A stretch of 64,000 nucleotides of DNA from a bacterium (GTDB lineage: Bacteria; Desulfobacterota; DSWW01), in NCBI GenBank assembly GCA_040756235.1, contig JBFLZG010000006.1:1-64000 (forward strand), written 5' to 3'. Below the pieces are notes generated by a model. It was not told where the DNA came from and made no database searches. It saw only the letters and a program-made list of their open reading frames with translations. Of the stretch, positions 47,548 to 57,324 are shown piece after piece. The position numbers and the translations under genes were made by a program. Position 1 is the first letter of the stretch, and each line of letters opens with the position of its first letter.

Positions 47548-48210
47548 ATGGCAAGAAAAAGGATTCTCATCGCAGAAGACCACACGATCCTGCGCGAAGG
47601 GCTGCGGGTTCTCCTTTCCTCGAACCCGGATTTCGAGGTCGTCGGAGAAGCCGAAGACGGCCGCGAAGCGATTCGCGGCACAGCGAGTCTCAAGCCGGAT
47701 CTGGTCCTGCTCGATCTCTCCATGCCGAGAATGAACGGCATGGAGGCGATCTCCGAGATCAAGAGGACCTCCCCCGTCACCAAGATCGTTGCTCTGACGG
47801 TCCACAACGCCGAAGAATACGTGCTTGCAGCCCTCCAGGCCGGCGCCGACGGCTATGTTCTCAAAGATGCGAAGCATTCCGAGCTCGTCATGGCGTTGCG
47901 CAGTGTTTTCTCAGGGAAACGCTACCTGAGCCCCGGAGTGTCCGAAAAGATCATCGAAGGCTACCTGGAAGGCAAGAAGGTAACCCAGTGCGGCTCCACC
48001 TGGGATTCTCTGACCCGGCGGGAGCGGGAGATCCTCAAGCTCATCGCCGAGGGTTTCAAGAACAAGGAAATCGCCGACTTCCTCCATCTCAGCGTCAAGA
48101 CCGTGGAGAAGCATCGCTCCAACATCATGGAGAAGCTGAACCTCCACAACGTCTCGGCCCTGACCGCCTACGCCATCGAAAAGGGGCTGGTCACCTCGGT
48201 CCGTTCCTGA
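47548..48210 (+). CDS. NarL/LuxR-family response regulator
   Basis: IAEDH, LLDLSMP, LTRREREIL..IAEG..NKEIA..SVKTVEKHRSN. Confidence 0.95.
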   Translation: MARKRILIAEDHTILREGLRVLLSSNPDFEVVGEAEDGREAIRGTASLKPDLVLLDLSMPRMNGMEAISEIKRTSPVTKIVALTVHNAEEYVLAALQAGADGYVLKDAKHSELVMALRSVFSGKRYLSPGVSEKIIEGYLEGKKVTQCGSTWDSLTRREREILKLIAEGFKNKEIADFLHLSVKTVEKHRSNIMEKLNLHNVSALTAYAIEKGLVTSVRS

Positions 48211-48279
48211 TATCCGTCTGTTCTTTTTTGCTCGGGAAACGCTCCCTCTGCGAGCGCAGAGCAGTGTTAAGCAGAGGAG

Positions 48280-48505
48280 GTCATTCCCGCGAAAACAGAC
48301 CGTGTCATGACCCGACGTCGCCTGCCTTCTCCGTCATTCCGGCGCAGGAGGCTGTGTCGCAAGCCGGCCAGACCCTGCTCCCAATCTTTCCGTCACCCCG
48401 GCGCAGGCCGGGGTCCAGTCACTGTTACCCGACAATCACCGCTGTGCACGGTCCACCCTCCTGGATCCCGGCCCACACGCGCTTCGCAAGCGGGCCGGGA
48501 CGACG
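48280..48505 (+). repeat. Nested CGTC-type REP cluster
   Basis: Half-hairpin plus GAGGCTGTGTC at 48332-48358; doublet 48391-48505 with CCCCGGC/GCCGGGG stem variant. Confidence 0.8.
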
Positions 48506-48518
48506 TCGGTCCCGTCGA

Positions 48519-49325
48519 TCATGAACTCCGTGCCGCCAGCACACACTCTCTCCGGATTCTCCGCGCCATGTTCGTGAAGATCCAGTCCACGCCCCGATTG
48601 ATCTCGCGATAGAGGCAGTTGATCGAGGCGATGTGTCCGGTGGCGACCTTCTGTCCCGCCGCCTTGTGTTTCTCCAGGATGGGGCGGGTAAGGAGCAGGT
48701 AGTGGGCCGCCAGGCCTGCGTATCGCCGGTTGAGGCTGAGGGAGCTCAACAGGTCCACGTTCCGTTCCGCCACGGGCAGGAAGCACGACGGCGGCGCGAA
48801 TTCGATCTGCTCGAATACCGAAGGCGCGAGTGAGAGCAGATGGAAATCACTCTCCGGGGCGAGCAGGCGGAAGAGGTCCGAGAGTTTCCTGTTCTGGCGA
48901 GCCGGGTCCGGCCACCGCTCCTCTTTGAGCTCGGCCATGAGGTGCATCTTCCCGCCGTATCTCTCGACCACGCTCTCCAGCGGCGGGATCCGGGGAAAGC
49001 CCTTGCGCAGCTCACGCAAGGTCATTTGCGCGATCTGCTGACCGGACCCGAACAGCCGCCTGAGATCCCGATCGTGAAACACCACCGGCTCCAAGTCCTT
49101 GGTCCAACGGATGTCGAGCTCGATGCCCCAGGTTCCGTCCTCGAGGGCCGCATCGAAGGCCGGCAGGGTGTTCTCGAGCAGGTGACGATTGTCGTGCTCG
49201 CCGCGGTGAGCGACCAGCCGGACCTGGTCCAGCAGGGCCGGGTCCGGACAGGGCTGAGCGAGCCTCGCAAAGAGGAAATCGGTGGCGGGTACGAAGATTC
49301 TCTCGAGAAGATCGGAAATCGGCAT
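48519..49325 (-). CDS. Glycerophosphodiester phosphodiesterase family protein
   Basis: VAHRG, ENTLPAF, IELDI..TKD..VVFHD, ELK, GVDWIFTN. Confidence 0.9.
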   Translation of the reverse strand: MPISDLLERIFVPATDFLFARLAQPCPDPALLDQVRLVAHRGEHDNRHLLENTLPAFDAALEDGTWGIELDIRWTKDLEPVVFHDRDLRRLFGSGQQIAQMTLRELRKGFPRIPPLESVVERYGGKMHLMAELKEERWPDPARQNRKLSDLFRLLAPESDFHLLSLAPSVFEQIEFAPPSCFLPVAERNVDLLSSLSLNRRYAGLAAHYLLLTRPILEKHKAAGQKVATGHIASINCLYREINRGVDWIFTNMARRIRRECVLAARSS

Positions 49326-49336
49326 CCCGGCTCGCC

Positions 49337-50503
49337 TCACTGGAACGCCGAGAGGCCGGTCAGGTGCTGCCCGATGATGAGGGTGTGGATCTGGTCGGTG
49401 CCCTCGTAAGTCTTGACGGATTCGAGGTTGCACACGTGCCGCATGATCGGGTACTCGTTCGAGATGCCGCTCGCTCCGAGAATTTCCCTCGCAGTCCGCG
49501 CGGTCTCCAGGGCCATGGCCACGTTGTTTCTCTTGGCCAGGCTGATCTGCACGGCCTGGACCGTGCCCTGGTCCTTGAGCCGGCCGAGCTGGTAGGCCAA
49601 AAGCTGTGCCTTGGTGATCTCCGAGGCCATCCGCACCAGCTTCTCCTGGATGAGCTGGAACCCTGCGATCGGGCGGTCGAACTGGATCCTCTCCTTGGCA
49701 TAATCCAGGGCCGCGTGAAAGCAGGCCAGGGCCGCCCCGATGCTCCCCCAGGCGATGCTGTAGCGGGCCTGGTTCAGGCTCATCAGGGCCGCCTTGAGCC
49801 CTCGGGCACCGGGAAGCCGGTTGGCGGCGGGAATGCGGCAGTCTTCGAAGGAAAGCTCGGAGGTGAAGGACGCCCGGAAGGAGAGCTTCCCCTGGATCTC
49901 GCGGCTGGTGAAACCGGGCGTGCCCTTCTCGACGAGGAATCCCTGGATGCCTTCGTCGGTCCGGGCCCACACGAGGGCCACGTCCGCGACGTGGCCGTTG
50001 GTGATCCACATCTTGGCCCCGTTGAGCACGTACGAGTCGCCGTCCCGGACGGCCCGGGTGCGCATGCCCGAGGGGTTGGATCCGAAGTCCGGCTCGGTGA
50101 GCCCGAAGCACCCGACCTCCTTGCCCCTAGCCAGGGCCGGGAGCCAGCGGTCTTTCTGTTCTTCGCTGCCGAACGTGTAAATGGGGTACATGACCAGCCC
50201 GCCCTGGACGGAGCTGAAGCTCCGGACCCCGCTGTCGCCCCTTTCGAGCTCAGCCATGGCCAGCCCGTAGGCGACGGCGTTGATCCCGGCGCAGCCGTAC
50301 CCGGACAGGGTGGACCCGAACAGGCCCAGATCCCCCATCCGCGACGCCAGGTGCATCGGGAAACGCCCTTCGCTGTATTGCTGCTCGATGATGGGCAGGA
50401 CCTCCTGGTCCACGAAATCGCGGACCGTGTCCCGGATCATGCGCTCCTCGGTCGTGAGGAGCGCCTCGAGCCCAAACAGATCCAGACCTTCGAAACGTTT
50501 CAT
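49337..50503 (-). CDS. Acyl-CoA dehydrogenase, glutaryl-CoA dehydrogenase-like
   Basis: ELERGDSGVRS, GCFGLTEPDFGS, KMWITNG, RIQFDRPIA.FQL.Q, TYEGT. Confidence 0.9.
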   Translation of the reverse strand: MKRFEGLDLFGLEALLTTEERMIRDTVRDFVDQEVLPIIEQQYSEGRFPMHLASRMGDLGLFGSTLSGYGCAGINAVAYGLAMAELERGDSGVRSFSSVQGGLVMYPIYTFGSEEQKDRWLPALARGKEVGCFGLTEPDFGSNPSGMRTRAVRDGDSYVLNGAKMWITNGHVADVALVWARTDEGIQGFLVEKGTPGFTSREIQGKLSFRASFTSELSFEDCRIPAANRLPGARGLKAALMSLNQARYSIAWGSIGAALACFHAALDYAKERIQFDRPIAGFQLIQEKLVRMASEITKAQLLAYQLGRLKDQGTVQAVQISLAKRNNVAMALETARTAREILGASGISNEYPIMRHVCNLESVKTYEGTDQIHTLIIGQHLTGLSAFQ

Positions 50504-50750
50504 ACGCTTCTCCTCATTGCTCGGGGCGTTCCGGGACCCCGCGCCAATCGATTGCAGTGCGGCTGCGTTTCCACCGCCTCTGCCCCACTTATAGCCGCGC
50601 CGGGCACACGGAATCAACCGCACGGAGAGTTGTCAGTCAGCAGCCTGTCGGTCAGTTGTCGGTTGCCAGCGAAGAAGGAGGGCCGGAGAAGTAGATCGAA
50701 TCGTGATGGGGGTGAGTCATTACGGCCCTGCTTCCGGGCCGTGCATGTTT

Positions 50751-50875
50751 CGTCATCCCGGCCCACCTGCGGAGCGCGTGGGAGCCGGGATCCAGAAGTC
50801 TGCATCCGGAACAGCTGCAATTACGCTACCACCATGGGGCGCAGGGACTGGATTCCGGCCTGCGCCGGAATGACG
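50751..50875 (-). repeat. CGTC-type REP doublet
   Basis: Inverted homologue of 27787-27900. Confidence 0.85.
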
Positions 50876-50929
50876 GAAGTAAGGGTACTGCCACGGCTAT
50901 GTAGAGCCTGTCCCAACAGGCTCGATTTC

Positions 50930-51056
50930 AGAGGCTGTTCAAAAATGCCCAGATGCAAGGCGCACGAAGTCCTGAGGAACGAGGCGTACATGGAAGTACG
51001 CCGCAGTGACGAAGCACAAGTGCAACGCCGCAGATGGGCGTTTTGGGACAGCCTCT
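50930..51056. mobile_element. Family E MITE-like element
   Basis: AGAGGCTGTTCAAAAATGCCCAGATGC ... GCAGATGGGCGTTTTGGGACAGCCTCT; inverted homologue of 15476-15602. Confidence 0.75.
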
Positions 51057-51240
51057 ATGTAGCTGCCGCAGAGTCCTCCGGAATGACTGGTCGGATGAGC
51101 TGGATCTGACGCTTATGACGCAGCCTCGAAAGCGGGGGTCCCCTGCGCATCGGGATCCCGGCTCGCGGCCGCCGGCTGGCCGGTGATGACCGGCTCTCCT
51201 GCGGGACCGCGATCTCAAAATGCGTTCTCGCGCGGCGGCG

Positions 51241-52548
51241 CTACTTGCAGAGCTTTTGAAAGCCGGCCAGGGAAAAGTCGTTGCGATCCGCAGTGGCGAA
51301 AAACTGCGTGCGGTGCCTTGGGGTGTAGTAGTTGATCACAGTCGTGTGGTCGGTCCGGTCGTCGGTCGCGACCATGCAGCCGAGTGCTACCAGGCGTACG
51401 CCGCTCGCCCCGTTTTCAAAGCCTGCCTGCGGCTGCCACTCCGTCTTCCAGTAGCTGCCGGAGCGGTCGTGAATGACCTTGAAGATGGGCTGGTAGAACT
51501 CCGCGTCGAGCCACAGGTACTGGTAGCCGTAGTTGTAGTACGGGTCCTTGGCCCTGGCTTCCAATATGTAGGTCGGACGCCTGACCCACACGACATTGGT
51601 GGGAAACCAGGGGGCGCCGGTGTAGCCCGGTTCCTGATATCCCCAGATGATCTCTTTGACCGCTGCTCCGGTCATGTATTCCCCGCGATCGTTGGCCTCC
51701 AGGGGTTGAGGCTCGGGATCGAGAAAGGGTATGAGCTGATCCGCCTTGCGGAGAATCTTCCACGAAAAGGAGTTGACCTTGCCCGCGTAACCCCACGCGT
51801 CGTCCATCGTGAAATCCGAGCCCAGGAAGGCGTCGGAGCGGTTGGCCGGGCTCACGCGCCGGACCCTGCGGATGGCCGGCAGGTAGGTGAAGGTGCTGTC
51901 CGGCCGCTCGTCCCGGTAGCGAAGGGTCAGCACGTTGGTGCCTGCGATGTCGAACGGCGCCAGCACGCGGACGATCGAGCAGACCTCGAGGTTGTCCGGG
52001 TTGGGCTCCCCGCGGATCGCGGCATAGCCGTCCAGCACGTAAGTCCGGTAGTCCAGCTCCACTTCCCGGTGGAATCCGGCCTCCCGGGTGATATAGGCGG
52101 CCTGAAAGGGGCAGAGCATGTTGCCGGTCGCGTACCCGTAATAGAACTTGTTGTACATGAGCTTGGATCCGGCTTTCGAATCCTCGAGATCGATCTGCGG
52201 AAAGGGCAGGCCGGTCACGAAGGCCGGGAGCTTTCCGGTCTTCACGTCCACGATCAGGCCGTTGTCGTCCACATCGTATCTGCGCGCATTGAGGGCCAGG
52301 GATTCCCGGCACCCGGGGGGCAGGAACTCGTTCGGGGAGAAGCTCAGCGCGGCCACATGCAAGACGTCGCCGCGCCGGATCCAGTTCAGGACCGACTCGG
52401 GCAGGAGTCCCTCGGCCTCTTGCCAGTTGGTTCGATCGATCACGTCGCCGGGGGCCGCTCCCGCGGCGGCGGCAGGCATAGCCCGGGTCAGGGCCCAGAG
52501 GCCGAACAGGCAAGAGAGCAGCCGCAGCCGCTTCTTCTCTCTCATCAC
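51241..52548 (-). CDS. Exported DUF1329-like protein
   Basis: Signal peptide, GLPFP, YLPAIRRVRR, R.D...GSD...DD; GTGA overlap with upstream HAD gene. Confidence 0.8.
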   Translation of the reverse strand: MMREKKRLRLLSCLFGLWALTRAMPAAAAGAAPGDVIDRTNWQEAEGLLPESVLNWIRRGDVLHVAALSFSPNEFLPPGCRESLALNARRYDVDDNGLIVDVKTGKLPAFVTGLPFPQIDLEDSKAGSKLMYNKFYYGYATGNMLCPFQAAYITREAGFHREVELDYRTYVLDGYAAIRGEPNPDNLEVCSIVRVLAPFDIAGTNVLTLRYRDERPDSTFTYLPAIRRVRRVSPANRSDAFLGSDFTMDDAWGYAGKVNSFSWKILRKADQLIPFLDPEPQPLEANDRGEYMTGAAVKEIIWGYQEPGYTGAPWFPTNVVWVRRPTYILEARAKDPYYNYGYQYLWLDAEFYQPIFKVIHDRSGSYWKTEWQPQAGFENGASGVRLVALGCMVATDDRTDHTTVINYYTPRHRTQFFATADRNDFSLAGFQKLCK

Positions 52549-53267
52549 GCCCTTCCTCTCCCGGCGGGAGCCGCCTCGAACAGAGCTTCCACAATGCCCA
52601 GCGCAACCCCTTCGAGCGACGCAAAGACCCAGTCGGCCTCGCGGATCTCCTCCGCGGTCGCCGAGTGGGTCAGTCCCAGGACCCTCATCCCCGCGAGCTT
52701 GGCCGAGCGGATTCCCTGGCTGGAGTCCTCGATGACCAGGCACTCCGCGGGCCGGACCTCCGCCCCCCTGCCGCCGGGCGCGACGGCCCGGTTCAGGCGC
52801 TCCAGGGCCTCGAGGTACGGCTCCGGGTCCGGTTTGGTGCGGGTCACGTCTTCTCCGCTCACGATCGCCGAGAACAGGCGCTCGATGCCGGCCTCACGCA
52901 GCGTCCAGTCGATTTCCGAGCGCAGCGCCATGGAAGCCAGCCCCAAAGGGTACTTCTGTGCGGCCGCGCGGATGAATTCGACGACACCCGGAAAAAAGCG
53001 GGTGTTCTGCTTCAGCAGTTCCTGGTAGTAGGCGGATTTTCTCCCGACCAGGACCTCCATGCCGCCTGCCCGTCGAATCCCTTCCGGGTCCGCAAAAGCC
53101 CACTGGAAGCACTCGACGTCGTTGAACCCCAGGCAGTCGCGGTAATAGGCTTCCCGCGAAATCGTGACGCCCTCTTCGGCCAGGACCCGCCTGAGGGATT
53201 CACAGTGGTGCTCCTCGTCGTCCAGAATGACGCCGTTGAAATCGAAGAAGATGGCTCTGAGCATCAT
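52545..53267 (-). CDS. HAD-family phosphatase
   Basis: FDFNGV, KPDPEPY, VIEDS. Confidence 0.9.
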   Translation of the reverse strand: MMLRAIFFDFNGVILDDEEHHCESLRRVLAEEGVTISREAYYRDCLGFNDVECFQWAFADPEGIRRAGGMEVLVGRKSAYYQELLKQNTRFFPGVVEFIRAAAQKYPLGLASMALRSEIDWTLREAGIERLFSAIVSGEDVTRTKPDPEPYLEALERLNRAVAPGGRGAEVRPAECLVIEDSSQGIRSAKLAGMRVLGLTHSATAEEIREADWVFASLEGVALGIVEALFEAAPAGRGRA

Positions 53268-53462
53268 ATCCAGTCTCTGCGCCGCCGTGCGGCGGCCGGA
53301 GCGCAGCCGCCGGCCGAGCGGCCGCCGCCCTGCGGGAGACCTGTGAAAATCTCCGGTTCATGACTATAATGATCGGCGAATCGGGGCCGCAACTGAACTC
53401 CCCTTTGCGCGACCCGCATCCGGCCGTCCATTCCGAGAGCCGTATGATGAGAGCTTCTTGAC

Positions 53463-54239
53463 ATGATCCTGCCCCGTCCCGGGTGCGGCAAACACCCCAA
53501 GGTCATTCTGTTCGACATCGATGCGACGCTCCTGCTCAGCGGCCATGCCGGCACCCGGGCCATCGAGCGCGTCTTTCGCACGCTCTACGGGATGGCGGAC
53601 GCCATGGACGGCATCTTGCCGGACGGGAAGACCGATCCGTTGATCTTCCGCGAGATCCTGGAAAAGAAGCTGAGCCACCTGTCGAGTGACGAAGAGATCC
53701 CGAGGGTCTCAGGGGTCTACATCGAGTACCTGCAGGAGGAGGTGGCGCGCTCTCCCGGCTTTCGGCTGATGAAAGGAGTCCGGGAGCTGCTGGCCCTCCT
53801 CTCTAAGTCCGAAAGGGTGCTGCTGGGTCTCGCCACCGGGAACCTCGAGCCGTGCGCCTGGATCAAGCTCCGCAGGGCGGGCCTCGACGGCTACTTCCGC
53901 TTCGGGGGCTTCGGAAGCGATGCCGAAGACCGGACGGAGGTCGTCAGGACCGCGCTCCGCAAGGCCGAGAGAGAGCTGGGACATCCCGTGTCCCGAGATC
54001 GGGTTTGCGTGATCGGCGACACGCCGCGCGACATCCTCCACGCCCGGGAGGCCGGGGTCCGCACGGTGGCGGTGGCCACGGGACGGAGCACCCTCGCGGA
54101 GTTGGCCCGGTACGGGCCCGACTACCTGCTGCCGGACCTTTCCGATACGGAGCGGGTCGCCCGCATCTTCGTGGAAGACACCGAGCCCGAGGCCGCCGGC
54201 CCCGAAACGGAGGCGGCGTCCCCGATCAGGGCTCCCTGA
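53463..54239 (+). CDS. HAD-family hydrolase
   Basis: LFDIDATL, GKTD, ATGN, GGFGSD, IGDTPRD. Confidence 0.9.
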   Translation: MILPRPGCGKHPKVILFDIDATLLLSGHAGTRAIERVFRTLYGMADAMDGILPDGKTDPLIFREILEKKLSHLSSDEEIPRVSGVYIEYLQEEVARSPGFRLMKGVRELLALLSKSERVLLGLATGNLEPCAWIKLRRAGLDGYFRFGGFGSDAEDRTEVVRTALRKAERELGHPVSRDRVCVIGDTPRDILHAREAGVRTVAVATGRSTLAELARYGPDYLLPDLSDTERVARIFVEDTEPEAAGPETEAASPIRAP

Positions 54240-55473
54240 CCTTTACCCTGTGGAACCTCTTCTTGCCGGCCCGGAGCAGGATCGAGCCCTGTTCCATGTC
54301 CGACATGCCGATCTTCTCGTCAAAGGCCTCCAGGCGCCGTTCGTTCACGTAGGCGCCTCCCTGCTGGATGAGCCTCCTTGCCTCCGCCCGGCTCTTGGTG
54401 AGGCCGACCTCCTCGAGTAGCTGCCAGCCCGGAACCCCCTCCTCGAGGCGGCGCCTGTCGACCTCCGTGGTGGGCACGCCTTGCATTTCCCCTCCGGAGA
54501 CCGTGCGGCTCTGGAACAGCCTGCGGGAAGCGTCCCGGGCCGCACGCGCCTCTTCTTCGGAATGCGTGATCTTCGTCGCCTCGAACGCCAGGATCTCCTT
54601 GGCCTCACGCAGGCCCTCTCCGCCGAGGCCTCCGAGCCGCCGAACGTCCTGCATGGGGAGGAAGGTGAACAAGGCGAGAAACCGTTCCACGTCCTGGTCG
54701 TCCACGTTGATCCAGTACTGATAGAACTCGTAGGGAGAGGTCCTCTCCGGGTCCAGCCACACGGCCCCGGTGGCCGTCTTTCCCATCTTGGCTCCGGAGC
54801 GCGTCGTGAGAAGAGGGAAGGTGATGCCGAAGAGCTGGGGGCCGCCCAGGCGCCGGGTGAGATCGATGCCGGCGCAGATGTTGCCCCACTGGTCCGCGCC
54901 GCCCATCTGGAGCCTGCAGCCGTGATGCTTCCAGAGGTGCCAGAAGTCGTAGGCCTGGAGCAGCATGTAGTTGAACTCGATGAAGTTCAGGCCGCTCTCC
55001 TGTTCCATCCTCAGGCGGTACGATTCGGCGGCGAGCATGCGGTTGACCGAGAAGTGGCGCCCGACGTCCCGCAGGAACTCGATGTACTTGAGCTCGCCGA
55101 GCCAGTCCGCGTTGTTGAGGAGCAGGGCCTTCCCCTGGCTGAAGTCGAGATAGCGCGAGAGCTGCCGCTTGAGTGCGTCCGCATTGGCGTCGACCTCGCC
55201 GACGCTCATGACTTTGCGCATCTCGGTCTTGCCGCTCGGGTCGCCGACGAGCCCGGTGCCGCCGCCCACGAGCACGATGGGCCGGTGCCCGCAGCGCTGC
55301 ATGTGGACGAGGCTCATGATCGGCTCCAGCGAGCCGGCGTGCAGGCTCGGCGCCGTCGGATCGAATCCGATGTAGCAGGTCGCCGGCTCCTCCAGGAGCT
55401 TCCCGACCGCTTCGTCGTCGGTCGTTGCCTCGACGAAGCCCCGTTCCCTCAGGACGTCCAAAACGTTTGTCAC
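54226..55473 (-). CDS. tyrS: Tyrosine--tRNA ligase
   Basis: YIGFDPTA.SLHAGS, EFNYMLLQAYDF, GGADQWGN, KMGKT, C-terminal S4 domain. Confidence 0.97.
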   Translation of the reverse strand: MTNVLDVLRERGFVEATTDDEAVGKLLEEPATCYIGFDPTAPSLHAGSLEPIMSLVHMQRCGHRPIVLVGGGTGLVGDPSGKTEMRKVMSVGEVDANADALKRQLSRYLDFSQGKALLLNNADWLGELKYIEFLRDVGRHFSVNRMLAAESYRLRMEQESGLNFIEFNYMLLQAYDFWHLWKHHGCRLQMGGADQWGNICAGIDLTRRLGGPQLFGITFPLLTTRSGAKMGKTATGAVWLDPERTSPYEFYQYWINVDDQDVERFLALFTFLPMQDVRRLGGLGGEGLREAKEILAFEATKITHSEEEARAARDASRRLFQSRTVSGGEMQGVPTTEVDRRRLEEGVPGWQLLEEVGLTKSRAEARRLIQQGGAYVNERRLEAFDEKIGMSDMEQGSILLRAGKKRFHRVKVREP

Positions 55474-55518
55474 CGCTGCTCTCCTCTGCGGATCGTGATC
55501 GGTCACCGGCCGGCCGTT

Positions 55519-56979
55519 TCAGGGCAACGCCAGGGGCGGCAAGCCTTCCTGGATTCTTCTGAGGATATCCCAGAACGCCCCCTTGTGGCCCCGCTTCAGG
55601 GCTTCCACCAGGACCTCGTTGGTGTTGTAGTTGTAGTTGGAAGCACGGCCGCGTCCGGCGGGCAGGAAGAACCTGCGGTCCCCCCCCACGCGCCCGGCAA
55701 GCTCCTCCTCCCATCCTTCGCCCAGGTCTGCCGAAACGAAGAAAACCGGGTGCAGGAGGTCCTCGTTTCCCTGCACGGCCCCCCTGAGGTTCGGGTTCTT
55801 CCGGAGCGGTCCCTGCCCGCGCACCTCCCGACCGAGCGCCGTGCCGGGATAGACCCGGATGCCCACGTTCAGGCCCACCCGATCCACGCCCAGGTCTCGG
55901 CAGAGCTCGACGGCTTCCGCCAGGGACCGGCGCGTCTCGCCCGGGCCCCCCAGGAGAAGGTCGAACATGAAAGGGAGACCGGCGTCGCGGGCGGCCCGTG
56001 CCGTCCGCTCGAGGTCGTGCGCCCGGTGACGGCGCCCGAGGCGAACGAGCAGGTCGTCCCGGCCGTGGTCCACGCCGAAGTTGATGCCGGCGCAGCCCGC
56101 CCGGGCCATGCGCTGCGCCAGCGCGCCGTCGAAGCCTTCGGGCGAGGCGTACGCGTACCAGCGGAACCTTTCGGACAGCCCCTCGGCGCGGATCGCTTCG
56201 CACACCTCGGTCGCGTGCTCGGGCGGAACGTTGAATTCGCTGTCGCAAAGGTGGAGGACCGTGACTCCCTGCCGCAGGAGGGAGCGGATCTCTTCGAGCA
56301 GGATCTCGATCGGCTTGCGCAAGACGGTCCTGCCCTTGGCCACCGGATCCACGCAATACACGCACGCTCCGGTGCAGCCCCGCTTGGTCTCGAGGCCGAC
56401 CATGCCGCCCCTCCGGAAGTACTCCAGGTTTCGTACGACGGCGCGGGGCGAGAAGAAATCCGCGTCCATCTGCGGAGGGCTCGGGGCATTCGAGAGCAGA
56501 TCGGCCCCGTCCTTCCAGACCACTCCGGGCAGGTCCGGGTAACGGTCCCGATCGCCCAGAGCGCCCAGCAGCCCGAGGAGGTCCTTTTCCGAAGCGCCTG
56601 CGACTCCCAGGTCCGCGCCGATGAAAGCCAGAACCTTCTCCGGAGCCACGGAGAAGCCGCAGCCGCCGGTGATCACGGGAACCGCAAAGGCTTTCTTGAG
56701 GCTCTCCACGAGCGCACGATACCCGGGAAGGAACGACTCCTGGCTGGCGTAGTAAGCGTCGTCGAGATTTCGCAGGGTCACGAGAACCGCGGCAGGCTGC
56801 GGTCCCCGCAGGGCGCGCCAGAACGAGAGAGGGATTTCAGCGCCGGACGGTTGGTCCAGGCACAGGTCCACGACCGTGCAGCCGATGCCTCGGCTGAGCA
56901 GGGCCTGCCCGATGGAATCCGCGGCCAGCGGAGCCACCGGGGGCTGCATCCGGTTCGGGTTGATGAAGAGAATGTCCAT
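55519..56979 (-). CDS. Cobalamin-binding radical SAM protein, TsrM-like
   Basis: INPN..PPVAP, RNLD, CTGACVYC, DSEFN, GCAGINFGVDH, GGPGET, C-terminal NY..N..GHKGAFW. Confidence 0.85.
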   Translation of the reverse strand: MDILFINPNRMQPPVAPLAADSIGQALLSRGIGCTVVDLCLDQPSGAEIPLSFWRALRGPQPAAVLVTLRNLDDAYYASQESFLPGYRALVESLKKAFAVPVITGGCGFSVAPEKVLAFIGADLGVAGASEKDLLGLLGALGDRDRYPDLPGVVWKDGADLLSNAPSPPQMDADFFSPRAVVRNLEYFRRGGMVGLETKRGCTGACVYCVDPVAKGRTVLRKPIEILLEEIRSLLRQGVTVLHLCDSEFNVPPEHATEVCEAIRAEGLSERFRWYAYASPEGFDGALAQRMARAGCAGINFGVDHGRDDLLVRLGRRHRAHDLERTARAARDAGLPFMFDLLLGGPGETRRSLAEAVELCRDLGVDRVGLNVGIRVYPGTALGREVRGQGPLRKNPNLRGAVQGNEDLLHPVFFVSADLGEGWEEELAGRVGGDRRFFLPAGRGRASNYNYNTNEVLVEALKRGHKGAFWDILRRIQEGLPPLALP

Positions 56980-57324
56980 GGGCGGGGACCAGCAGGTATG
57001 CGGGCAGGTCAGCCTGAGCCACGGGTTTCCTCGGTTTTCGATGCGACGAATCATGCTAGGGGAAAGACCCCGTAGTGTCAAACCCTGGAGGCAGCGGGAC
57101 CGCTTCGGCAGCCGGGGCTCCGCCGGCCCGAAATCTTGTAGGCGCGACGCATGTTGGCGCCCTCCTCCAGAGAAGCCCTCCTGCGGGCTTCCTTGACCCG
57201 CCTGCGGCGCAACCTCTATAGTCGAGTCTGCTCGTGGACGATCGCCCGCTCACGAGCGACCCGCCCTCGCAAACGCTTCCGCCCGCGGTCGAGAGGGTTC
57301 TCACTCAAGCGGTCAGGCAGGGGC

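Noticed and set aside
57151..57324. Arg-rich N-terminal extensions of several ORFs (also 28096, 32597, 62726, 7502)
   Set aside because: They run through intergenic repeats or promoter DNA; downstream starts with RBS-like sequences or family-typical N-termini fit better
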